A DNA stretch of 64,000 bases from Eledone cirrhosa (Eukaryota), in NCBI GenBank assembly GCA_964016885.1, contig OZ024741.1, forward strand, positions 69,812,001 through 69,876,000. Direction: 5' to 3'. Position numbers and translations under genes: made by a program. The notes under the pieces were generated by a model. The model did no database searches, was not told the origin of the DNA, and saw nothing but the letters and a program-made list of their open reading frames with translations. Each line of letters starts with the position of its first letter. Position 1 is the stretch's first letter. Positions 53,574 through 64,000 of this stretch are shown here, piece by piece.

Positions 53574-53784
53574 CTAACAAGATATAAAAGAGACAGAGTG
53601 GAATGTGACAAACAAACATATCATATCGTTAAGAAAACACTCTCCTTCCCTTCTGCCTTTAAATCCTTCTCAAAAGCGCAAAGCTATCAACAAATGTTGC
53701 TTCTGGCTCAAATTAAATAATGGTGGAGCAGGCGGCGGTGGTGGTGGTGGTGGTGCTGGCGCTGACGGTGTTGTTGTTGTTGTG

Positions 53785-54518
53785 TGATGGTGCTGGTGGT
53801 GTTGGTAGTGTTGGTGGTGTTGGTGGTGTTGTGTGATGGTGGTGGTGATGGTAGTGGTGTTGCTGGTGGTGGTAGTGGTGGTGGTGGTGGCGGTGGTGAT
53901 GATGGTAGTGGTGGTGATAATGGTGGTGGTAATGGTGGTGATAGTGGTGGTGGGGGTGATAGTGGTGGTGGTGATGGTGGTGATAGTGGTGGTGGAGGTG
54001 ATAGTGGTGGTGGAGATGGTGGTGATAGTGGTGGTGGTGATGGTGGTGGTGGTTATGGTGGTGATGGTGGTGGTTGTGATGGTGGTGGTGGTGGTGGTGA
54101 TGGTGGTGGTGATGGTGGTGGTGGTGATGGTGGTGGTGGTGGTGATGGTGGTGGTGGTGGTGGTGGTGGTGATGGTGGTGGTGGTGGTGGTGATGGTGGT
54201 GGTGGTGGTGGTGGTGGTGATGGTGATGGTGGTGGTGGTGATGGTGGTGATGGTGGTGGTGATGGTGGTGGTGGTGGTGGTGGTGGTGGTGGTGGTGGTG
54301 ATGGTGGTGGTGGTGGTGGTGATGGTGGTGATGGTGGTGGTGATGGTGGTGGTGGTGGTGGTGGTGATGGTGGTGGTGGTGGTGGTGGTGGCGATGGTGA
54401 TGGTGATGGTGGTGGTGGTGGTGGTGATGGTGGTGGTGGTGGTGGTGGTGATGGTGGTGGTGGTGGTGGTGGTGGCGATGGTGATGGTGATGGTGGTGGT
54501 GGTGGTGGTGGTGATGGT
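53785..54518. repeat. (GGT/GAT)n tract
   Basis: Direct inspection. Confidence 0.97.
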
Positions 54519-54769
54519 ATAGGTGAACATATTTAGACGAGTTCGGTGACGGCGGTGCTGGAATGATGGAGGTGAATAGATACATATGGACAAGGGTGGT
54601 GGCGGCGATGGTAGTAGTGTCAATGAAGGTAAAGATATTTGGATGAAGGAGGTGACGGAGGGGCTGGAATGCTGGTGGTGGTTAAGATATATATATACCC
54701 ATAAACATATAAAATATATATATATTATCTATCTATCTATCTATCTATTTATATATATTTATATATATT

Positions 54770-54894
<125 letters not shown>

Positions 54895-55044
54895 ATATAT
54901 GAATATATATATATATATATATAAATGTATATATATATATATATATATAGTTATTAAAATAACAGATATATATATATATATACATATATATACATATATA
55001 TTTATTAAAATAACATATATATATATATATATATATATGTTATA

Positions 55045-55075
<31 letters not shown>

Positions 55076-55272
55076 TATCTATCTATCTATCCCTTTCTCC
55101 ATATATTTATCTATCTATCTATGTATATGGTTGAGGGAATTGGCGGCGAGTGTGGGATGGTGATGATGATGGTGGTGTTGGTAGTGTCGTTGATGGTGGG
55201 GATATTTGGACGAGGGGTGATGTAGGTGGAGTGATGGTTAGGTTCCACCGCCAGCCCACCTACACCACTCAC

Positions 55273-55305
55273 CGAACACAACAAATACTTGTCTTTGATC
55301 TTGTC
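55273..55305 (-). CDS. Candidate micro-exon B (33 nt)
   Basis: ttcctttacatttctatttag|GAC..TCG|gtgagt; DKIKDKYLLCS in phase 0. Confidence 0.55.
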
Positions 55306-55501
55306 CTAAATAGAAATGTAAAGGAAGAAAAATAAGTTCCCTTTTTTCCACCGACCCACTACTTGCCCCTTTGATCTTTTTGTCTTTCCTTTTACAAACC
55401 ATTTTTATTATTATTTTTCTCTCTTCTCCTTGAAGCATCATCTCCCTATCACTAGACCGACACATTCATTTCCCGCCTTTTCTTCTTCTTCTTCTTCTTC
55501 T

Positions 55502-55540
<39 letters not shown>

Positions 55541-55596
55541 TCTTCTAACCCTCATTCCTGATATTGCAATGGTGGTGGTTGTCGTCGTCGTCGTCG

Positions 55597-55643
<47 letters not shown>

Positions 55644-55749
55644 GCTTTATTGGTGTTGTTATTGTGGTTATAACAGTGATAGTGTTAATTTAGAAGAATG
55701 GTTATTTTTAACCCCTCCCCCCCACACACACACCACATCCCACCCTAAC

Positions 55750-55876
55750 TATCATCATCACCACCACCACCACCATCACCATCACCATCATCACCACCAC
55801 CACCACCATCACCATCATCATCATCACCACCACCACCACCATCACCACCACCATCACCATCATCATCATCACCACC

Positions 55877-55910
<34 letters not shown>

Positions 55911-56325
55911 TCACCACCACCACCACCATCACCATCATCATCATCACCACCACCACCACCACCACCACCACCATCACCATCATCATCATCATCACCACCA
56001 CCACCACCACCATCACCATCATCATCATCATCATCATCATCACCATCATCACCATCACAATGACTATCATCATCATCACCATCATCACCATCATCATCGC
56101 CATCACCATCACCATCATCATCATCATCACCATCACCATCACCATCATCACCATCATCATCACCACCATCACCATCACCATCACCATCACCATCACCATC
56201 ATCATCATCATCACCATCACATCACCATCATCATCATCATCATCATCACCATCATCATCACAATCACTATCACTATCATCATCATCATCATCATCATCAC
56301 CATCACTACCACCATCATCATCACT

Positions 56326-56371
<46 letters not shown>

Positions 56372-56424
56372 CCATCACCACCATCACCATCGCTATCATC
56401 ATCACCATCACCATCACCATCACT

Positions 56425-56456
<32 letters not shown>

Positions 56457-56505
56457 CACCATCACCACCATCACCATCGCTATCATCATCACCATCACCA
56501 TCACT

Positions 56506-56536
<31 letters not shown>

Positions 56537-56545
56537 CCATCATAG
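55750..56545. repeat. (CAT/CAC)n tract
   Basis: Direct inspection. Confidence 0.97.
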
Positions 56546-57137
56546 TCATCAGTACCACGAACGCCAGTGTTTATTTATGTATTGTTCAATTCCTTTAGCC
56601 AAACTTTCTTTACAGGTTCTCACAGGTCCCTGGGTCTTCTTGAATGCCCTCCCTCTTACCAGTCTCTCCTACTCTACTTTACACCATATTCCGTCCAATA
56701 AACGTCACCCGAGGGTTAAACCAACTAGCAACCATTGCCCCTGCCCCCACTCTACTACTTTTATCCCGTTTCAATATTTACTTAAACCAAACCCTCCAGA
56801 CATGTAAGCTTAGCACAGACATTATATTCATCCGCAGCATTTCTATCGTTATTATTGTCCTCACCTGGATTAGAACTCTGCACAAATCGTATATCCGACA
56901 CCCCCCCCCCCTTCACTTTACCGCCGCGTATTTAATCTCCCATCTTTCATCTCCAAAAATCCAACACATCAACCACTATATGTTTTTTCTTTTTATTTCC
57001 GAGGTGTTCTTATCTGGCTAGTCACTTGATATGAAACCGTGTGTTGAAACTAAAGCAATTTTACATGGATTGACTGAAAGGTTCAGAGGCTGAATTCACA
57101 CACACACATACATGGACAAACATATATAAGTTGTGTA

Positions 57138-57329
57138 TACAGTGAAATTCCGTTATAACGAAATTCACGGGGTATTAAAATAATTCGATATAACGAAAAA
57201 TTCTTTATAACGAGATCGACCGAAACAAATTGAGCTTTTGCTTGTTATTACCTCGGTGATTGAACAAAATTTCGTTATACTGACAAATTCGTTATAATGG
57301 TATTCGTTATAACGGAATTTTACCTGTAT
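57138..57329. mobile_element. Tc1/pogo-type MITE with TA TSD
   Basis: TA-CAGTGAAATTCCGTTATAACGAA ... TTCGTTATAACGGAATTTTACCTG-TA; internal GTTATAAC repeats. Confidence 0.8.
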
Positions 57330-58474
57330 ATATTATGTAATTTTTGATACCTACAGATATATGTTGTTGGATTCGCCGGAAATCGAACTCACAACCTTAC
57401 GATCGTGACCCGAACTCAATAACCACTAAGCCATGTGCCTTCATCCTTACATATTTACATACATGCATGCATACATACATACATACATACATACATACAT
57501 ACATACATACATACAATAACACACATGCATACACCCACCCACCCACCCCACACACACATATATATATACACACACATATATACGGTTGAAAAGTTCACAG
57601 GCTGACAAAGTATTCTCATGGAATATCTAAATTAGGTTTATTTTCCAACATAATCCGTGGAAAGAAACAAGGCAGTTATTAATAAGAGGAGTTGAAATTA
57701 ATGTATGCAAGATTTCACAGCTCTAGCAGCCGACCCTCATACACGGTTAAAGAGTTATTTTTGCTATATAGAAACACATGTAAACTGTTAAATTCAGTTA
57801 AGGTTTATCATTTGATTTTTGGTGCCAAATGTTTTGTCGCAGTGATCAGAACGACCTGATCACTGAAACAGTTCATCTTCAACTTTATCTTGTTTGTACA
57901 GATTTTGTATATGTTATGAAGATGCGTGGCTGAGTGGTTAGAGAGTTGGATTCGCAATCGTAAGGTTGCGTGTTCAATTCTCGGACCGGGTGGTGCGTTG
58001 TTTCCTTGAGCAAGTCTCAGCAATGGAAAGACCAATAGGAACAAAAGTTTCTTTGGTCCGATTTGACGGGGTCCACCCCACTCGAATGGGGTTTGGGATC
58101 TTATTGACCGATCAGTGTTTTACAGAGTTAAGTTGTTACACAGTTGTTATCTTCTTAAGGCAAAATGTAACAGTGTCCCGTATAGTTTTATTAGCTTTGT
58201 TACCCCCGCCCCCGAATTTCAGAGTTGTATTTGTTTTGCAAGTGACTTGATCTGAGATCATGTTTTGAAACTAAAGCAATTTACACTGTAAAAAAGTCAT
58301 TTTACCCACTAAAAATCACACAAAAACTGTTAAATTCACTTTATATTTTGGCGTCGAAATTTGTGTCGCTCTGTTTGTGACCTGGTCACTGACGTAGTGC
58401 GACTGCAACTCTATCTTATTTGTATAGATACTTTATAAGATGCAGTATTTTATAGAGTAAAGTTGTTGCACAGT

Positions 58475-58931
58475 TACGAGAGTCAGCTGAAAGATACTCT
58501 CATGGAATGACCAAATGAGGTTTATTTTCCAATATAGTCCCCGAAAAGAAGCAATGCAGTTATTGATAAGAAGAGTTGAAATTAGTACATGCAAGATTCC
58601 ACAGCTCTAGCTTAACTTCTTCATAGGTTGACCGAGATACTCTCATGGAATGACCAAATGAGGTTTATTTTTCAACATCGTCCCCGGAAAGAAACAATAC
58701 AGTTATTAATAAGAAGAGTTGAAATTAATTGTTTCTACTTTTGGCACAAGGCCAGCAAATACCCAGTGCATTACTGGTACTTTATTTTATCGACCCCCGT
58801 AAGGATGAAAGGTGAAGTTAACCTCGGCGGGATTTGAACTCAGAAGAGTTGAAATTAATGCATGCAATATGTTACAACTCTAACATCAATCCTTCCTAGT
58901 CAGCCTATGAACTTTTCGGTGGACTCTCGTA
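58475..58931. mobile_element. Mariner-type MITE with a nested SINE (18-bp TSD AGAAGAGTTGAAATTAAT)
   Basis: TACGAGAGTC..GAAA / TTTC..GACTCTCGTA; TSD at 58712-58729 and 58842-58859. Confidence 0.75.
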
Positions 58932-59999
58932 TTATCTTGTTTAGGCAACATGCAATAGCGTCCCTGAAAGTTTTCATAGATTTCATGAAGCTTTCGATAT
59001 TTCGGAGTTATACTTTTCTAGCTAGTAACTTTAGATGTTGAATCGTTTTAGCCATACAACAAACACAAAAATTGCTAAATTTATTTTACATTTAATTATA
59101 TGTAGGTATCATAATTTTCGTCGCACTGCTTGTGACCTGGCCAAGGGCACAGTTCCATTGGAACTGATTTGAAACTTAGTAACTGGCCAGATTTTATCGG
59201 CTTTGGGGTTTGATATTTTTAATCATTACTTGTCGATAATATTTTTAGATTTATTTTCTTCCTTTTTTCTAAAATCAATTTTTACATAAAAAATACGATG
59301 GCGAATTAGCAAAGTTATAGGGGCATCGAGTTTGATATCATACAGTATTTGTTTCGAATCTCTGTGCATTGGGTTCAAATATCGCCGTTGTTAACTTTGC
59401 TATTCAACCACATTTTCTGTTATTCTAAATATTACACGGTTATTAAAAAATGTAGGACTCAGGAAATAACTTAAATGCAGTTGCTTGCTTTAAACAGCTT
59501 AGAAAATTGGGTAAGAGATTCCTTACACTAAGAGACGGAAAAAAAAGCGGGCGGCAGTTGCTACGAAGAATCGAACCTCATAACTTTCAGATACCGGTTA
59601 ACTGCTCTAACCATTGAGTTAAACGGGACCTGACAACAATCATCGTCTACATTGGTTTCTGATTTAGGCACAAGTCCAAACAATAGAGGGGGGGGGGGGT
59701 AGATTAAATCGACCCCAGTGCATTACTAGTACTTTATCGACCACGTAAGGATGAAAGGCAAAGCTAACCTCGGCAAGATTCGAACTCAGATCGTAAAGTG
59801 ATGTAATTCTATGCAATAAAGCATGTTGTCCGACGCTCTAGCAATACTGCCAATCCACCGCGCTAATCATCGTCGTCTAAATTAGAAAGCTAAATCAAAC
59901 AGTTTTGAATGTAAAGTTCAAACTTTCGAAGCATTTCGAAAGTTCGAACTTTAAATATACATTTTACATTCATATTTCACTTTAGCACTCTCACTTCAC

Positions 60000-60167
60000 C
60001 TGCTGCTCACAATGATTTCGACACTTTCTGACAACACCGCGCTCTCCAGTGGTGACGAGTAGCAATGCTGATTCTAAGGAACGTCCAAATTGTGTTGGTT
60101 CATACTGTAGCATATGACAGACTAGGGGAAGTATCAAGTACTCCTTACAGTTGGTAATCAAAAAGAG
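60000..60167 (-). CDS. Candidate host exon A (168 nt, phase 0-0), unidentified protein
   Basis: ttacttgtctcactag|CTC...CAG|gtgaag; only one frame open: LFLITNCKEYLILPLVCHMLQYEPTQFGRSLESALLLVTTGERGVVRKCRNHCEQQ. Confidence 0.6.
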
Positions 60168-60277
60168 CTAGTGAGACAAGTAATAAAAAAACTAAAGATA
60201 AAAATAAAAAAAGAGAAAAGGGGGAAAAATAAAATAAAAATAAAATTTCAAATATTGAAGGCCAATCGGAAGCAGAT

Positions 60278-60460
60278 TATGCATAACACATTATGTGCCA
60301 TGTACAACATTCTTGTGTAGCAGCCATCAATTCTCTTTTCTAGTTGCTTTGTCATAATCCATGCTTCTGATCCACACAACAGAATAGACTCTACTGTTAC
60401 AATACAAAACCTTTCTTTAAACCTTCTGTTCATCCGTGATGTCCATATTCTCTTCAACTT
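60278..60460 (-). mobile_element. Old RTE-type LINE fragment
   Basis: VESILLCGSEAWIMTKQLEKRIDGCYTRML is homologous to the 41624-42106 segment. Confidence 0.75.
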
Positions 60461-61823
60461 GTGTCGCAGTCGAAACTCATTATATCGGAAATTCTTTTAT
60501 TTCGTGATTATTTCATTAATAATTCGGCAAGCTACAGGGAAGGCTCTATTTCACCGAAGAAACTAGGAAAATGCAGAAATATATTCGGAGTTGTCTAGAG
60601 TATTTGCAAGAAAAATAAAATAAAATACATTCTCTCCAGTGCAAACTTTATTTCTAGTTTATTTAAATGCTTCGTTTATTAAATATGCCATCAACCATTT
60701 ATCTAATCATATTGTGTTTCCTGTAAATTACTTGAACTATATTTTCCAGATGACTGAATTATTACCAAATATAATCAATATAATTTATTATCCCTCCACC
60801 AATCCATCCATGGGCCCTGAACTTGTGATGAAGCCATTGAGGTACCCTTGGGACATATAGACTTGGCGGAGGCCTTCCTTCTCCAGGACTGAACACAGCC
60901 GTTCCCTTCCAGAGAAAGAGAAAGTAGGTTAAAGGAAGAATCAAACAGTTCTAGACTGGTACTCTATTTACCGACCTTGAAAAGATGGAAGGCAAAGTTG
61001 ACCTTGGTGTGGCTTGAACTCAAAGTGCAGAGAGCCAGAACGAATAACGCGAAGCATTCTATCTGACGTTCTAACAACTCTGCCAATTCGCCTCGTTATT
61101 TATCATGTTTTAAATGAAACTCAATCACTCATTTCCATTTACATGATATATGTTGGTGAGCAGCTGTCACTGACTTTGCCAGACGTTTGAGAGTACATGG
61201 TACAATGACAGCAAGTCAAACGACCATATTCTCTTCCTTTACATTCACCGACATTTTTCAAGGTAAATCAGGACATTATTTCAAGCGCCATTTACCTCTA
61301 ATCTTATGCAATTAATCACATGTTACTTTTATATGATTTTCGCATTCATTTATTTGTCAATTTATTTTTTTAATATTAATTTATGATATTATTTTGAAAC
61401 TCCAGTATATGCTGGAAGTTGATGTGATACTGTAATGTCGTTACTGCTATTGGTTGTTGTGGTTCTCCAGTCTCCAAATTTGTGTCAAATGTATAAAAAA
61501 ATTCCACACATGGCTACAGTTTCCATGACATATATGCAACTTAATTTAGTGAGTTTCATGTTTGAAATTTTTGCATTAAAAAAAATAATAATTAGAATTT
61601 AAAATGTAGTCGCCTTAATGCAAAGGATTATAATTGTTTCTACTTTTGGCACAAGGCCATCAATTACCCAGTACATTACTGGTACTTTATTTTATCGACC
61701 CCCGTAAGGATGAAAGGCAAAAGGATTATAATAATAGTCAATTACCATAAACAATAATCGAGAAAATCATGTAAAGCCCCTCTGGAGAAGGAAAATAGTG
61801 GACAGAGGTACCTGGGGCGCAGA

Positions 61824-61996
61824 GAGTGCCGGATTTACCATTGTGCTTCGGTGGTGCACAGGGCCCCGTTGTCCGGGGGGGGGGGGGGGCATCCTTCTGG
61901 CAAAAAAAAAAAAAAAATCTACGTCCTTCAGAGCCAAAGTAAGGGTCCTCATAAATTAACTAGCACAGGGGCCCATTTGTTCTAAATCCGGCACTA
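61824..61996. mobile_element. Small TIR element (hAT-like MITE)
   Basis: AGTGCCGGATTTA / TAAATCCGGCACT; right-end relative at 13545-13603. Confidence 0.65.
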
Positions 61997-62840
61997 GGGG
62001 AGAAATCGAACGTTGCATCAATCAGGCGACGAACTAGTTCGTTAACCGTTACGATAAGGAGTCCCATGACAGTAATTACCACCTTTTAAAAGATTTGAAG
62101 CGTGTAGTTAGAAGTGTAAACAAATGGTTGGCTTAAGAAGTAATAGGACAATTTGAAATTTAAAATGTAGTCGTTCCAATACAAATGAATATAGTAATAG
62201 TTAAATCACTATAAATAAAAAATGGAAAAAAAAAGGGACAGAGATGGTTGAGAGAAATTACAAATTTTCTCAATGCTTCTTACTTAAGTCAAGTGGATGT
62301 TTACACTCCTTGTTACAGAGCATGTAGAATAATATTAATAGCAATATCAGTAATGGGTGAGATAGCACTGGAAAAGTTAATACTGTGGTGGGAGTGGTTC
62401 AAGGATAGAGGTATAATAAACTCACAATACCGAACTGAAAAAATGCGACAGTATACGTGTCTATGAAATAATTGTTTCTACTTTAGGCACAAGGCCAGCA
62501 ATTACTCAGTTCATTACTGGTACTTTATTTTATCGACCCCGTAAGGATGAAAGGCAAAGTCAACCTCGGCGGGATTTGAACTCAGATCGTTAAGGGACGT
62601 AACTATGCTGGAAAGCATGGCGTCCGACCCTCTACCGATATCGGCACCATGTACGATAATTTTAGTATCAGGCAGTTCCGTTGATCAAACAACTGGAACA
62701 CTAATCGTGGAATCGACGGAGGTCCACTTACTTAATATCTGACGTATTAGATATTGTAGCGCAAGTCTTAGTGGAGAGGATGTTGGACTTACCATCATAA
62801 CGTTCTTGAGCAAAACACTTCATTTCATGTTGCTCCAGTA

Positions 62841-64000
62841 TCTTCTTCTTCTTCTTCTTCTTCTTCTTCTTCTTTTTTTTTTTTTCTCACTTATTCCTAG
62901 GAGGGTCATGGGGCAGAATCCTCCACACGCCTTCCAGGGGTCCTGTCAGATGCAACTGTTTCCAATTGATCCGGGTGGATCCCCTAGCGTGACCAGCCGA
63001 GCTCATGGATGTTATCCAACCATCTTGTTCGGGGTCTACCCGAGGTCGCCTGCCGGTTGGTTTTGCTTCGTAAAATCTGTTCAGCGATTCTTTCTTAAGA
63101 CATTCTGACCACATGTCCGAAGTTTCGGAGTTATGGTCTCTCAATTCGGAGAAACTACGCACTCTATGAGGTAACGTTACTCCAAACCCATTTCGTCCGC
63201 TTGTATTCGCGATCCGGCCGACTGATATTCTACCCACCAGTCTCATTACCACTGCCAGCCTGGCTGCGCATGTCAATCTTGTTCATAAAAATTATAAACA
63301 GGAGAGGTGACAGTTTGTAGTGATTACAAAGCAACAAGAAGTTCTCTAGTGATACCATACTCCTGCAGAACCTTCCACAATAAATCTCGTGGAACACAGT
63401 CATATGCTTTTCGGAGGTCTACGAAACTACAATACACCTCTTGGCAATACCCTCATGATTTCTCGAAGACCTGCCGCAGTGTGAATATTTAGTTGGTTGT
63501 GCTGCGTCCAGGATGAAAACCATATTGTTCATCAGTTAGCCTGGACTCGACAATATCCCTACACTTAGCTTATATTTTACTGGAGAGGCTTAACAATGAG
63601 ATCGCTCTTCAGTTAGAGCGATCTTTCGTGTCTCCCTTTTTGAAAATTGGGATTAGCACTCCCGATTGTCATTGCTTAAGTGCTTTCCAGAGACATAGGT
63701 CACTCGGTACACACGATTCAGCTAGAGGATACCATGTCCATTTAAGACTTTTAACATCCCAGGCCGAATGTTATTCTCCTCAGAGGCCTTGTCACATTTA
63801 AGCTCTTTAATTGTTCTGGTGATCTCAGCCTCTTAGCTGGTAGTCATCACTCCTAAATGCACCTCACGTACATCAAAAGTGCAAGACGGAGAGCCCATTT
63901 CCAAGCCAAACTTTGTAAGCCTTCTTTTCTCAGATGGTATCTTTAACCTCTTGATTGAACCAAGGGGTTCCCTTGCCACCCAGCACCTCACCAATCCGCT
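62841..64000 (-). mobile_element. Degraded RTE-clade LINE (different family) with (AAG)n/A tail, running off the window end
   Basis: Fragmented RT and C-terminal signatures on the minus strand (e.g. KPTGRRPR); 3' tail (CTT)n/T on plus at 62841-62887. Confidence 0.7.

Noticed and set aside
50072-53619. 1171-aa poly-Thr 'mucin' and poly-Val/Gly ORFs
   Set aside because: Pure ACC/ACT microsatellite; the start lies in a SINE tail and there is no signal peptide or unique domain.

Overview
AT-rich, microsatellite-dense animal DNA; the SINE and simple-repeat landscape points to an octopus or related cephalopod (inferred). Most of the window looks like introns of one unidentified minus-strand gene; candidate exons lie at 60000-60167, 55273-55305, 53536-53573 and 48633-48734, with weaker ones at 26381-26505, 9143-9219 and 210-294. 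Mobile DNA includes an apparently intact Penelope-like retroelement (RT + C-terminal GIY-YIG) arranged as a 5.9-kb fold-back (32702-38602), a frameshifted full-length RTE-type LINE, a Buster-type hAT with TIRs and an 8-bp TSD, a non-autonomous Helitron, an R4/Dong-like fragment, MITEs and many tRNA-derived SINEs. The most striking signal is about 23 hand-folded hammerhead-ribozyme motifs from roughly 10 families. They sit in small non-coding inserts inside (TA)n tracts, built as 5'-to-5' fold-backs, as heterologous head-to-head fusions, or as retrozyme-like units with direct repeats. Nearly all long ORFs in the track (poly-T/V/H/G/D, YIYI, HTHT) are microsatellite artefacts.
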